In this document: positions 30,510-40,654 of the stretch, in pieces
How positions within the stretch are numbered: the stretch's first letter is position 1
Layout of the letters: each line of letters begins with the position of its first letter
Source of the DNA: an uncultured candidate division Zixibacteria bacterium
GTDB taxonomy: Bacteria; Zixibacteria; MSB-5A5; GN15; FEB-12
Assembly: GCA_963664195.1 (NCBI GenBank)
Contig: OY760907.1
Coordinates: 3,680,001-3,744,000, forward strand
Direction of reading: 5' to 3'
DNA length: 64,000 nucleotides
The notes under the pieces: model-generated
Databases searched by the model: none
What the model was told of the DNA's origin: nothing
The model's input: only the letters and a program-made list of their open reading frames with translations
Program-made: the position numbers and the translations under genes

Positions 30510-31397
30510 TTATCGTGCGTTGCCGCCGAGATCACTTATCAGAGTCGCTCCCGGTCGAGGCTTAAGATACCCCTCCGGACGATCTGTGTTCTTCGGCTGG
30601 GCCGGGGCCAATTCGGGGTTGCCGACGGCGGTCTGGTAGGCCCATTGGAACGTAATCGAACCTGAAGCGTTATCAGATAGCGCTCGCATTTTCGCGAAGT
30701 TATTGTCAGCTGTCCAGACGACATACGTGTGACCTAGAACGATCTCGACGTAGCCAAGCTCAGACCAGCCGTCTCCAGGCGCCCAGCCGATATCGTCAAA
30801 CGAGCCGGTGAAGCCCATATCCTGAATATCGATCATGCTGTTGCCAACATTCAGATAGTGAATGCCGTCACCGTCGGTGTCAATCCAGACATCAGCAGCC
30901 GCACTGTTCAGCGTCACGACCGTACCAGTGGCAAGATTGAAACCGGCAAGGCTGGTATCGATCTCCATCGGGAAGACTGTAGCCTGTCCCTCGGGTCGCG
31001 GCGTATCGAAAACGTCTTCAGCAGAAAGAGCACTTACCTGCCCCGCCCGGTCGACCGCTGAAATCGCGTAGTAGTACGTAACGCCGTTGGTCACATCCGA
31101 ATCGATATACTCGTAGATTATCAGATCAAGATCGGGATTGCTCACCGCGTCCACGGCACCAATCGCCGTATAACCTGTCGTGGCGTTCAGCGAGCGATAC
31201 ACCACGTACTCATCAACATCCCGTTCGTAAATTCCGTTGAAATACACGTAAACGGCGTCATCACCCGTTATGCTGTATACACCCTGCGGAGTCGCGGGTA
31301 CCGGATCGTTGTCTACAATGACGCCGTCGTCATCATCACATCCGATCAACGTCAGTGCAAAAAGGGCCAGCAGTATTGATGTCAGTTTGGTCTTCAT
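30510..31397 (-). CDS. Lipoprotein with an FN3-like domain
   Basis: Lipobox LIGC; YVVYRS...NGVTYYYAISAVDRAGQVS. Confidence 0.8.
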   Translation of the reverse strand: MKTKLTSILLALFALTLIGCDDDDGVIVDNDPVPATPQGVYSITGDDAVYVYFNGIYERDVDEYVVYRSLNATTGYTAIGAVDAVSNPDLDLIIYEYIDSDVTNGVTYYYAISAVDRAGQVSALSAEDVFDTPRPEGQATVFPMEIDTSLAGFNLATGTVVTLNSAAADVWIDTDGDGIHYLNVGNSMIDIQDMGFTGSFDDIGWAPGDGWSELGYVEIVLGHTYVVWTADNNFAKMRALSDNASGSITFQWAYQTAVGNPELAPAQPKNTDRPEGYLKPRPGATLISDLGGNAR

Positions 31398-31443
31398 GGC
31401 TCAGAATCCTTTTTTCTATTTTCCGTCTTCTGGCGCACTGACA

Positions 31444-31460
31444 AACAAGATTCGTGCCAA
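31444..31460 (-). promoter_or_regulatory. sigma54 promoter
   Basis: Minus strand TTGGCACGAATCTTGTT (consensus TGGCACG-N4-TTGC, with GT at -12). Confidence 0.65.
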
Positions 31461-31525
31461 GAAGGCTAAGACCCTTTACCACAATGAGATAACAATATTT
31501 GGGAAGGTCGGATCGGCCGCCCTAT

Positions 31526-31573
31526 CGCACAATTATTGTGCGCGAGCGAGTGGGCGTGCACTGAAATTGTGTG
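31526..31573. promoter_or_regulatory. Two tandem NtrC-like enhancer sites
   Basis: CGCAC-AATTATT-GTGCG (31526-31542, palindrome) and TGCAC-TGAAATT-GTGTG (31557-31573), 31 bp apart. Confidence 0.6.
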
Positions 31574-31576
31574 GGG

Positions 31577-32929
31577 CTACTTCTCGGCGGCAAGCCCGTA
31601 CTCTTTGATTTTGGCTCGCAAGGTGTTACGATGGATTCCGAGTCTCTCGGCCGACACGCCGATATTCCAGCCCAACTCATCCAGGCAAGCCTTGATATGC
31701 CGCCGTTCCATTTCAGCCAGGGAGCAGATGTCCCCCTGCATCGGAGACGGCGCACCGGAGTCCAGACCGGCTAGATCGTCTCTTGTCAGACAGTTTGATT
31801 GCGTAAGAATCAAGGCACGTTCGATGATATTCTCAAGCTCCCGCACGTTTCCCGGCCACGAATACGCGGTCAGGGCCGCGGCCGCTTGCGCGTCAAGCCC
31901 GTTGACATCCTTGCCTACCTTGCGAGCATACTTGTCGATAAACTTCTCGGCCAACAGAAGAACATCCCCCGTTCGCTCCGCCAGTGGAGGTAGATGAACT
32001 TGAATGACGTTGAGCCGGTAATATAGATCCTCCCTGAACGAACCGTTCTTCAACATCTTGTCCATATCACGATTGGTAGCGGCAAGCACGCGGATATCCA
32101 GCGGGATTTCTTTCACCGACCCGAGTCGCTCGATTCGTCGTTCCTCAAGCACCCGCAGCAATTTCACCTGCATCGTGAGCGGCATCTCGCCGATTTCATC
32201 AAGGAACAGCGTTCCTCCCTCGGCTAATTCAAACCGCCCCTGTTTGGCGCGATCGGCCCCGGTGAAAGCACCTTTCTCGTAACCGAAGAGCTCAGATTCA
32301 AGCAACGTTTCCGGAAACGCCGCACAGTTCAATGCCACCAGTCGTTTGTCGGCGCGGTCGGACAGAGCGTGAATCGCACGGGCCACCAGCTCTTTGCCGG
32401 TGCCCGATGGGCCTGTGATCAGCACGGTAGCATCTTTGGACGCAACCAGCGAAATCATCTCTTTGACTTTATGAATAGCGGCCGATTCTCCGATGATCTC
32501 AGAGCTTGGGAACACTTCCGCCAACCGTTCGGTCATAGCCTGATGATCCACAACCAGACGATTCTGGGCCGCCGCCTTCTCCAGCTTGACCAGCAGTTCT
32601 TCGAGATCTTCCACAGGTTTCGAGAGGTAGTCGTACGCTCCGACGCGCATTGCCCCCACCGCCGACTCTACCGACCCAAAAGCCGTGAGCACAATCGCCT
32701 GCAGGAACGGATTGATCTCCTTGAGTCGCACGAGCAGCTCAAACCCGTTCATGCCGGGCATCTTCATGTCTATTAACGCCAGCGGAGCAAACGATTCGTG
32801 GTACACTTCCAGCGCCTGTTCGCCACTCTCGGCCTGGGTAACTTCGTACCCTTTGTTCTTCAGATATCCGGCCAGCAGTTCGCGCGCCCCGGCCTCGTCA
32901 TCGACAATAAGCAGTTTGGTTTGATTCAC
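31577..32929 (-). CDS. sigma54-dependent response regulator (NtrC/AtoC/PilR family)
   Basis: REC (DDE, DMKMPGM), [39 protein letters not shown], Fis-type HTH. Confidence 0.96.
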   Translation of the reverse strand: MNQTKLLIVDDEAGARELLAGYLKNKGYEVTQAESGEQALEVYHESFAPLALIDMKMPGMNGFELLVRLKEINPFLQAIVLTAFGSVESAVGAMRVGAYDYLSKPVEDLEELLVKLEKAAAQNRLVVDHQAMTERLAEVFPSSEIIGESAAIHKVKEMISLVASKDATVLITGPSGTGKELVARAIHALSDRADKRLVALNCAAFPETLLESELFGYEKGAFTGADRAKQGRFELAEGGTLFLDEIGEMPLTMQVKLLRVLEERRIERLGSVKEIPLDIRVLAATNRDMDKMLKNGSFREDLYYRLNVIQVHLPPLAERTGDVLLLAEKFIDKYARKVGKDVNGLDAQAAAALTAYSWPGNVRELENIIERALILTQSNCLTRDDLAGLDSGAPSPMQGDICSLAEMERRHIKACLDELGWNIGVSAERLGIHRNTLRAKIKEYGLAAEK

Positions 32930-32962
32930 GTTTCTAAACTACTCTCCATCACCGTCGGGCAC

Positions 32963-32992
32963 AATAAAAAAGGCCCGCCTGAAGGCGGGCCT
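32963..32992 (-). terminator. Intrinsic terminator
   Basis: Minus strand aggcccgcc-ttca-ggcgggcct-tttttatt. Confidence 0.8.
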
Positions 32993-33013
32993 GAAATCGT
33001 CTCATCACGAGAA

Positions 33014-33697
33014 TCAGTCAGAACCAAAAAAGACTTTGATGCCAGCGTGAACGCCAAGAAGTGAAGCATTCTGGCCGAAATCATAAGGAAGCCCCTGATA
33101 CTCTCCACCAACACCGTCGGTCATGCCATTATGATAGCTGGCTTCGACGAAAATGCCACCATAATCGTGAGTGTACCAGAACATCCCTGCTCCCAGTCCA
33201 AAGGCGAAGGCAGGATCATAGGCCAACTCACGCCACTCGTACCCTTCGATATCGTGGTCATATACCAGGCTGGCGAACTTGGGGACATCCACGCCAACAT
33301 TCCCCCTGAGGTACGGAACAAAATCTGACTCACCGAAGAAGTAGTACTTCAGGTACAGTGCCGGACTGTATATCCGATGATGACCGGAGGAAATCTCCTC
33401 AATGTCAGTTTCTATCGAGTACACGGAGTAGCCAAGGTTGAAACCAACAACTATGCTCGGAGTTGCAAAGTACCCGATATCCACGCCGAAACCCAAACCG
33501 GACTTCGCACCGAAATCAATAGGGCCACCCGGTCCCTCGGTCGTCCAGTCCGCGATTCCACTCATGGGTGAACTGAGGCCGCCGTGAATTGCAACCTCGA
33601 GAATGTCTCTTGCTTCGTCTTCGTCATCCTGGGCGAACACACCGGCATTCAACCCCAGCAACAGGAGCATTGCCAGAAGCATGGATATCTTTTTCAT
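33014..33697 (-). CDS. Small outer-membrane beta-barrel protein (OmpA/OmpW-like 8-strand type)
   Basis: Signal peptide, alternating aromatic strands, FVPYLRG, C-terminal HAGIKVFF. Confidence 0.75.
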   Translation of the reverse strand: MKKISMLLAMLLLLGLNAGVFAQDDEDEARDILEVAIHGGLSSPMSGIADWTTEGPGGPIDFGAKSGLGFGVDIGYFATPSIVVGFNLGYSVYSIETDIEEISSGHHRIYSPALYLKYYFFGESDFVPYLRGNVGVDVPKFASLVYDHDIEGYEWRELAYDPAFAFGLGAGMFWYTHDYGGIFVEASYHNGMTDGVGGEYQGLPYDFGQNASLLGVHAGIKVFFGSD

Positions 33698-33945
33698 TAC
33701 CGCATCCTTAAGAAAGTGTACTAATTTGCGTCTATGGTCACAATCAAGGGGCCAAGATAATCAAAATAACGACGTGTTGTCAACAGCTTATATCCAAAGG
33801 ATTCTCCCCCATCAGGACTGTGCGATCCACAATTTCGCCCTGTGACCACACAACACCTGCTCCCGAAGCACCTCTCAAAAAACAGGTTGTATTCCGGTCG
33901 GATTTCTGTATAATTGCTAACTTTAACCTGATACTGTAGCGGCAT

Positions 33946-35220
33946 ATGAAAGTACTTGTTATCGGTTCCGGCGGTCGGGAACATGCCCTCGTCTGGAAAC
34001 TCAAGCAATCAAAAAAAGTCAAGAAGATATTCTGCGCGCCGGGCAACGGCGGTATGACACGCGCGGCGAAGTGTGTCAACATCAAGGCAGACAACATCAA
34101 AGCACTCACCGACTTCGCGGTCAGAAACAAAATCAACCTGACTGTGGTTGGCCCCGAGCAGCCGCTCGCCGCAGGCATTGTCGACGAATTCCAGCGACGT
34201 AAGCTCAGGGTTTTCGGCCCAGAAAAGAAAGCCGCGCAGCTCGAAGCCTCCAAGGTATTCGCCAAAGAATTCATGCAGAAGTACCACATCCCCACTGCAC
34301 CGTTTAAGGTGTTTGACAATCAGGTGGATGCTATCGGCTTCTGCAAGGCGATCGAGTATCCCGCCGTAGTCAAGGCCGACGGTCTCGCCGCCGGCAAGGG
34401 CGTGATTATCGTCAAAGATTTCGAGGAGGCCGAAGAGGCTCTTGGGGACATTTTTGACAAAAAAGTGTTCGGCGCGGCCGGTGAACGCATCGTTATTGAG
34501 TCCTGCTTGGTCGGACAGGAAGTCTCAGTCATGGCCGTCACCGACGGCAAAAAAATCATTCCCATGCTCTCCAGTCAGGACCACAAACAGGCCCTGGAGG
34601 GTGACAGGGGCCCCAACACCGGCGGCATGGGGGCATTCTGTCCGGCTGGTTTTGTCTCAGACGAGATTGCCAAGCAAATCAACCAGTTCATCCTTGAGCC
34701 GACCATTCGCGGTCTCCGCAATGAGAATATTCCTTATCGAGGCGTACTCTATGCGGGGATCATGCTTACCGAGCGGGGGCCGAAAGTCCTCGAATTCAAC
34801 GTCCGCTTCGGCGATCCTGAGACACAGGTCGTCCTCCCCATGCTCAAAACTGATCTGGTTGACCTGATGAATGCCGTCGTCGACAAGCGACTCGGCAACT
34901 TCGGAAAGCTCGAATGGCGCAAAGGTGCTGCCGCCTGCGTTATCATGACCGCCAGGGGGTATCCCGGAAAGTATGACAAAGGTCAGGTTATCTCCGGGCT
35001 GCAGAATACGCGCGCCGAGGGCTGCTACGTTTTTCATGCCGGAACACGCCGCGATGACAACAAGCTGGTCACCTCTGGCGGGAGGGTGCTCGGCGTGATG
35101 GGCATGGACAGTTCCCTCAAAGGGGCACTTGATAAGTCGTATAAGATAGTGAACAAAATAAAATTCGATGGCGCTACTTTTCGCCGTGACATCGGTTTCC
35201 GCGTTCTCGAGAAGAAATAG
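33946..35220 (+). CDS. purD: Phosphoribosylamine-glycine ligase
   Basis: GSGGREHAL, VVGPE, KADGLAAGKGV, QDHK, NTGGMG, EFNVRFGDPE. Confidence 0.98.
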   Translation: MKVLVIGSGGREHALVWKLKQSKKVKKIFCAPGNGGMTRAAKCVNIKADNIKALTDFAVRNKINLTVVGPEQPLAAGIVDEFQRRKLRVFGPEKKAAQLEASKVFAKEFMQKYHIPTAPFKVFDNQVDAIGFCKAIEYPAVVKADGLAAGKGVIIVKDFEEAEEALGDIFDKKVFGAAGERIVIESCLVGQEVSVMAVTDGKKIIPMLSSQDHKQALEGDRGPNTGGMGAFCPAGFVSDEIAKQINQFILEPTIRGLRNENIPYRGVLYAGIMLTERGPKVLEFNVRFGDPETQVVLPMLKTDLVDLMNAVVDKRLGNFGKLEWRKGAAACVIMTARGYPGKYDKGQVISGLQNTRAEGCYVFHAGTRRDDNKLVTSGGRVLGVMGMDSSLKGALDKSYKIVNKIKFDGATFRRDIGFRVLEKK

Positions 35221-35229
35221 GTTGTAAAC

Positions 35230-35676
35230 ATGGCCAGAGTTTTGGTCGTCATAGGTTCGAAGTCAGATATGGAATACGCCGAGAAATGCCAGAAGCAGCT
35301 GGACGCTCTTGGCATCACCGGCGAGATCGTCGTTTCCTCGGCACACCGCCACCCGCAGAAAACGGCCGAGTTGGCTTCTAAGGCCAAAGACAACGGCTTT
35401 GAAGTCATAATCGCGATGGCCGGTCTGTCGGCTGCTTTGCCGGGATCTGTTGCGGCCCATTCACTTCTGCCGGTTATCGGGGTGCCGCTCCCGGCCGCGA
35501 TGCAGGGATTGGATTCCCTGCTGTCGATCGCGCAGATGCCTCCGGGCATTCCCGTCGGCTGCGTTGGCGTAGGCTCCCCCGGAGCCAAGAATTCGGCCAT
35601 CCTGGCAGCGAGAATTCTGGCCCTGAACCACCCGGAAGTGCAGACGGCACTCGAGGAGCACCGAAATTCTCTGTGA
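35230..35676 (+). CDS. purE: N5-CAIR mutase / AIR carboxylase
   Basis: GSKSD, SAHRHP, LPVIGVP, GLDSLLSIAQMPPGIPV. Confidence 0.95.
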   Translation: MARVLVVIGSKSDMEYAEKCQKQLDALGITGEIVVSSAHRHPQKTAELASKAKDNGFEVIIAMAGLSAALPGSVAAHSLLPVIGVPLPAAMQGLDSLLSIAQMPPGIPVGCVGVGSPGAKNSAILAARILALNHPEVQTALEEHRNSL

Positions 35677-35746
35677 TTTTTCCGGGAGCAAAATCGAAGT
35701 ATTGTTGTATTAGATATGTCGTTGGAACAGGACGAAAGGAGACAGG

Positions 35747-36670
35747 ATGATAAGGTTCAACCGAAAATCAATACTGCCGCTGTTGGGGGTACTGCTCTTT
35801 CTTGTCGCATTTGCCGGAGCTTCGGCACTCGCACAGGACACTGATGAGGAGCGCCTCAACAAAGCCAAGGAGTACTATAACGAAGGCGTCCAAATGATGA
35901 AGAATGGTGACACCGCCGCCGCGCTCACCGCATATCAGGGCGCGATTTCCATGGACGCCGACTATGCCGACGCCTACCTCAACGTGGGAGTCATATACTT
36001 CGGACGGCAGAACTACGATCTGGCCCTTGAAAGCTTCCGAACTGCCTCCGAAAAAGACCCGCAGAACGTTGACGCTCTGGCCAACCTCGGCCGCGTGCAG
36101 ACGAAACTCAGACGCAACGTAGAAGCCGAAGCGTCGTTTGCCAAGGCGCTTGAGATCACACCGGGAGTTGGCGACCTGCTCAAAGAGCTGGGTCAGGTTC
36201 AATACAAGAACGGGAATCACGACGGCGCTATTGCGACGTTGACCAAAGCCCACGAAGCCGGGTCTGAGAGTTACATTAGTTGGTTCATGCTGGGCAAATC
36301 GCAACAGAAGCAAGGCAACGAAGCGGCTGCCATTACCGCTCTCAAGAAATCAGCTGAGTTGGAGACCAACTATAACGCCCTCTCAGCCCTCGGTTCCATT
36401 TACCTGGCTCAGGGCAAGTTCCGCTCTGCCGCCACACAGTTCAAAGCCGCTATGAAAGCTTCGCCGAAACGTGGCGCCCGTGCGGCCTACAACTACGCCA
36501 TCGCCATGGAGCAGGCCGACAGTGATGACGTCGACGCCAACATTGCCAACTGGCAGAACTTTGTGAAACTGGCCAAGAATAACCCGAAAGAACGGGATAA
36601 TGTGGCCATCGCAAAAAGTCATGTCGATGAACTCAAAGAGCTGAAAGCTCACAACGAATCGGAGCTGTAA
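35747..36670 (+). CDS. Secreted TPR-repeat protein
   Basis: Signal peptide; repeated AY.NLG/ALANLG TPR helices. Confidence 0.85.
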   Translation: MIRFNRKSILPLLGVLLFLVAFAGASALAQDTDEERLNKAKEYYNEGVQMMKNGDTAAALTAYQGAISMDADYADAYLNVGVIYFGRQNYDLALESFRTASEKDPQNVDALANLGRVQTKLRRNVEAEASFAKALEITPGVGDLLKELGQVQYKNGNHDGAIATLTKAHEAGSESYISWFMLGKSQQKQGNEAAAITALKKSAELETNYNALSALGSIYLAQGKFRSAATQFKAAMKASPKRGARAAYNYAIAMEQADSDDVDANIANWQNFVKLAKNNPKERDNVAIAKSHVDELKELKAHNESEL

Positions 36671-36692
36671 TCGCACAGCGTTTTAATATCCG

Positions 36693-36720
36693 CCCCGGTG
36701 CCTCGCACCGGGGTTTTTTT
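36693..36720 (+). terminator. Intrinsic terminator
   Basis: ccccggtgc-ctc-gcaccgggg-ttttttt. Confidence 0.85.
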
Positions 36721-36867
36721 GTGGTACTGACCGGGCAGCCAGCTCTCGACGTGCGTGAACTGGCACGGGATGACAGGGGCACCGAACGCCACGAACTCAT
36801 TGCACAAGTGTTGGAGGAAACGTTTCCGGGCGCCGCAATAGATGCATGTCACCATGAGGGATTGAGC

Positions 36868-38059
36868 TGTATGAGGACGGACTTGAGTTGACACTTGCAT
36901 AAAAGGCGAGTGGTCATTTACCTCTGAGATAACAACAAAACAGGAGGTTATAATGACCACTCAACAGAAGCTCGTCCAGAAGAAACTCAGTCTTCTGGAA
37001 CTGGGGGAATATCTTCAGAACGTATCCGAAGCCTGCCGCATTCACGGCTGCTCCCGCCAGCATTTCTACGATATCAAGACAGCTTACGAGAGTCAAGGAT
37101 TGGATGGTTTGAAGGAGAAGACCCGTCGGAAGCCTTGTCTGAAGAACCGGGTGGCTCCGGAGATTGAAGAAGCAGTGTTGCAGATGGCTTTGGAGCAGCC
37201 GGCCGCCGGGCAGATGCGGGCGTCCAATGAGTTGCGGAAACAGGGTGTTTTGATCTCGTCGGGTGGGATTCGCTCGATCTGGCTTCGTCACGGTCTGGAG
37301 ACATTCAAGAAGCGTCTGAAGGCTTTGGAGGAGAAAGCGGCGAAGGAAGGAATGGTCTACACCGAGGAGCAACTCAGGGTGTTGGAATCGGCTCGTCGGG
37401 AACGGGAGACGGTTCCTGATGAGATCGAGACGCATCATCCGGGCTATCTGGTGGCCCAGGACACGTTCTATGTGGGGTATCTCAAAGGGGTTGGCCGCAT
37501 CTACCAGCAGACGGTGATTGACACGTATTCGGCTGTTGCTTTCGCCAAGCTGTACACGGCCAAGGTCCCGCTGACGGCCGCTGATACGCTCAATGATCGC
37601 GTGGTGCCGTTCTTCGAAGAGCAGGGCGTGGATATCCTGCGCATCCTGACAGATCGCGGCACCGAGTACTGCGGCCGTCTTGACAAACATCCTTATCAAC
37701 TCTATCTTCAGCTTCACGAGATCGAGCACACTCGGACGAAGGCGCGACATCCACAGACCAACGGCATCTGCGAGCGGTTCCACAAGACGGTTCTTAATGA
37801 GTTTTACAAGACGATCTTTCGCAAACGGATATTCACTGCTGTGGCGGAATTGCAGGTTGAGTTGGATGACTGGATGGATCGATACAACCGGGATCGCACG
37901 CACCAGGGGAAACGGTGTCAAGGTCGCACGCCGATGGCGACCTTCGTTGACGGTCTGGAGTTGGCCAGAAAGGCAAATCTGACGGTAGAAGAAAAACCGG
38001 CAGCTTAACAGAAACCTCTCAGAGGTGGATGACTGTCAAATCAAGTATCGTTCAGTACA
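36868..38059 (+). mobile_element. IS481-family insertion sequence (1192 bp)
   Basis: TGT...ACA ends; imperfect 26-bp IRs (TGTATGAGGACGGACTTGAGTTGACA vs TGTACTGAACGATACTTGATTTGACA); 7-bp TSD ATTGAGC at 36861-36867 and 38060-38066. Confidence 0.93.
36953..38008 (+). CDS. IS481-family DDE transposase
   Basis: SD AGGAGG; NVSEACR...SRQHFY HTH; QDTFYVG, TDRGTEYCG, PQTNGICERF, YNRDRTHQG. Confidence 0.95.
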   Translation: MTTQQKLVQKKLSLLELGEYLQNVSEACRIHGCSRQHFYDIKTAYESQGLDGLKEKTRRKPCLKNRVAPEIEEAVLQMALEQPAAGQMRASNELRKQGVLISSGGIRSIWLRHGLETFKKRLKALEEKAAKEGMVYTEEQLRVLESARRERETVPDEIETHHPGYLVAQDTFYVGYLKGVGRIYQQTVIDTYSAVAFAKLYTAKVPLTAADTLNDRVVPFFEEQGVDILRILTDRGTEYCGRLDKHPYQLYLQLHEIEHTRTKARHPQTNGICERFHKTVLNEFYKTIFRKRIFTAVAELQVELDDWMDRYNRDRTHQGKRCQGRTPMATFVDGLELARKANLTVEEKPAA

Positions 38060-38701
38060 ATTGAGCGAACCGGACTCACTGCTCAAGCTTTCATGCAGGC
38101 TGGAGTATCCTCCACTTCAACAACAGGGCAATCGTATTCTCCTCAGGCCGTTCGACTACATGAGTGCAACCGACAATCCGTTTGTTGCGCCTGTGCGAAA
38201 GGAATCGATCCTCCTTCCCTACACAGAAGAGGTTATTGAAGCTGCCCAGTTAGAACTGCCGACCGGCTGGCGGATCGAGGCTCTGCCGGAAGACACGACA
38301 ATCGAAAACTCTCTTGGTAGATGCTCCGTCACGTTCACCGCTTTCGACAACTACCTCAAAGTACAACGGACTTTCGCACTGAGACACGCATACCTGAACC
38401 CGAGATCGTACTACTCCCTGCAGCAGTTGTACCAGTGGCGACAGGATATTGCCTCGTCCATTGTGATGCTGGTTCCTACGGAGTAGTGACTCTCTCGTGT
38501 GGTATATACCGCACTCAGTCCTTGACCGATCACACACCAACATGTATCTTGTCCTCATAGACCTCTGAGTACTGTCACATTCGAGGCGGTGCCGGATCAC
38601 CTTTGTTGACAGCTATGACATTTGCATCGTGCCTCAAAAGAGTTGATACTGATCGTCCGGCATTCGCTGTATGAAAACCGCCCAGACGGGGAGAGTAACC
38701 T

Positions 38702-40024
38702 ATGTCCGTCAAACCGTTTGTCGTATTGTGTTGTCTGCTCTCGTGTATCGCAGGCGCGGCCACCGGCCAGTGCAAGAAATCCGGCTCCCACGAAGTTGTC
38801 CCGGCAGAGAAATCTGTGCGTCTCCCCGACCTGTGGGACACCAAGGATCAATGTACACTCTTCAAGATGATTGTCGATGACACGGTCCTCGGCTACAGCT
38901 CCGGATACCAGACCGACGATCGCACCGTCTGCTACTACGATCCTGCCGAATGTGGCGCCCCGACCTATCCGTATGAAGTCAATTCCCTGTCGTTCGTTCT
39001 GCTTGATCCGTTCGACATTTGGGACCCGCGCGTATACAAGTGGCCGGTCGAACTCGATGTCATCCTTTTTGACGCGTACGATCCGGTCGATAGCTGCCTC
39101 GGTCCCGGAGCAGAACTCTGTCGCGTTTCGGTTACCTGCGACTCGGCATCGTTCGCCTATCCCGAAGTTGGTACGGTCACGTTCTCCACGCCATGTTGTG
39201 TCGACGGCCCGTTTTTTATCGGCATTGAGTACACTGATGCCTACACCGGTCTCCTGCCATCGATCATGTTCGACTATAGCTCTTCGCCCGATACCTGTCA
39301 TCTCTTTCAGTATATCTGCGATTCCGCCTGGGTCGGCTGGTACGCCTACTGGGGAACGCCCCCCGGATACCCGTTCTTCTGGGTGGACGGCGAGACCGTC
39401 TCGCCCAATTGCTGCGATGATACCGATTCCGACGGCATCTGCGATGAGCTTGACAACTGCCCCTCAGTCGCCAACCCGGATCAGATCGACTCTGATTCTG
39501 ACGGTGTCGGCGATCTGTGCGACGACGATGACAGCGATGGAATAATCGACATCAACGACAACTGCCCCGGTGTCTGGAATACTGATCAGCTCGATTCCGA
39601 CGAAGACGACCTCGGCGACCTCTGTGACAACTGTCCTTTCGTGTCCAACTATTACCAGACCGATCTTGATCACGACGGCGAGGGTGACGCATGCGACGAT
39701 GACGATGACGACGATACATATGATGACGTCGATGACAACTGCCCGCGAGCATACAACCCTGGCCAGGAAGATGCGGATACGGATGGCGTGGGCGATGCCT
39801 GCGAATGTACCGGCACCACCGGCAATGTCGACTGTGACCCGCTCGACGAGGTCACCATGGGCGATCTCACGGTCCTCATCGATCATCTCTTCATAACTCT
39901 CACGCCGGTATGTAACGAGGGCGAAGCCAATATCGATCTGGCCCCGGAGATTACGATGGGTGACCTGACGGTGCTCATCGACCACCTGTTCATCAGCCTT
40001 GATCCGCTCCCGGCCTGTCCGTAG
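38702..40024 (+). CDS. Secreted Cys-rich protein with thrombospondin type-3 repeats and a C-terminal dockerin-like domain
   Basis: Signal peptide; repeated DNCP...NPDQ.D.D.DG.GD.CD; tail [24 protein letters not shown] (x2)...PLPACP. Confidence 0.88.
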   Translation: MSVKPFVVLCCLLSCIAGAATGQCKKSGSHEVVPAEKSVRLPDLWDTKDQCTLFKMIVDDTVLGYSSGYQTDDRTVCYYDPAECGAPTYPYEVNSLSFVLLDPFDIWDPRVYKWPVELDVILFDAYDPVDSCLGPGAELCRVSVTCDSASFAYPEVGTVTFSTPCCVDGPFFIGIEYTDAYTGLLPSIMFDYSSSPDTCHLFQYICDSAWVGWYAYWGTPPGYPFFWVDGETVSPNCCDDTDSDGICDELDNCPSVANPDQIDSDSDGVGDLCDDDDSDGIIDINDNCPGVWNTDQLDSDEDDLGDLCDNCPFVSNYYQTDLDHDGEGDACDDDDDDDTYDDVDDNCPRAYNPGQEDADTDGVGDACECTGTTGNVDCDPLDEVTMGDLTVLIDHLFITLTPVCNEGEANIDLAPEITMGDLTVLIDHLFISLDPLPACP

Positions 40025-40123
40025 GCAGGAGACACACCGCGCGTCCCGCGTGGTATGCCCGAAGATTGTGATCGGCAGGGTTCCATCTCTGCCGATGGTC
40101 GTCCCGTCCACATTCGCACATGC

Positions 40124-40152
40124 TTGACAATAAAACTGCGGTATCTTATCAT
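40124..40152 (+). promoter_or_regulatory. sigma70 promoter
   Basis: TTGACA-N17-TATCAT upstream of ATG 40241. Confidence 0.65.
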
Positions 40153-40240
40153 TGGCAGACACGGACGCCGGACGCCGGCACCAAACCGCATATTTTGTTT
40201 CCGAATTATGCTGAATCCTTTATTGGCCCGAGGTCATGCT

Positions 40241-40651
40241 ATGAATGCCTTAACCAGACTGCTCACACTGTCAGCCCTGACTGTCACCTGCCTCCTGCTT
40301 GTCGGGAATGCCGGGGTACAAGCTGGCGAACTTGCTGACACAAAATGCTATATCGATCTTGACGGGGACGGACTCGACGACAACACGATCGACTTTCGCG
40401 ACGGCTTTTTGCTCGACGATGTAGAATGTGACACGACATGCAGCACGCAGGTAGTCAACCCGTTCGCACAGCTCACAACCGAAAATCCGGTGGACCTCCC
40501 GCAGACTCATAAGGAACGCTTTGTCGGTCATCGCTTCTCAGCACGAGGGATCAGTTCCTGTCGCAGTGATTTCGAGGGTGATTTTGGTGGTGGAGGAGCC
40601 GGCGGCAGCTCTTCCGGGGGTAAAACCTGTATCGGCGGCGTTTGCTTTTAG
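40241..40651 (+). CDS. Small secreted protein (136 aa) with a DxDxDG motif and a Gly-rich CIGGVCF C-terminus
   Basis: SD GAGG, signal MNALTRLLTLSALTVTCLLLVGNAGVQA. The ORF-track start at 40055 lies upstream of the promoter and is rejected. Confidence 0.7.
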   Translation: MNALTRLLTLSALTVTCLLLVGNAGVQAGELADTKCYIDLDGDGLDDNTIDFRDGFLLDDVECDTTCSTQVVNPFAQLTTENPVDLPQTHKERFVGHRFSARGISSCRSDFEGDFGGGGAGGSSSGGKTCIGGVCF

Positions 40652-40654
40652 GAG

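Larger units (their letters stand above)
36721..38486 (+). pseudogene. IS-interrupted, 5'-truncated remnant resembling the C-terminal (DUF3858-like) part of DUF3857/transglutaminase proteins
   Basis: 36721-36867 (VVLTGQPALDVRE...HEGLS) joins in frame to 38067-38486 (EPDSLLKL...LELPTGWRIEALP...) once the IS and one TSD copy are removed. Confidence 0.65.

Noticed and set aside
35230..35676. Class II PurE, because no purK is adjacent
   Set aside because: The loop reads AGLSAALPG rather than the AGRSN-type class II motif; purK may be elsewhere in the genome.
38025..38486. Independent 153-aa gene
   Set aside because: Its first codons lie inside the IS right end; it is the 3' half of the interrupted remnant.
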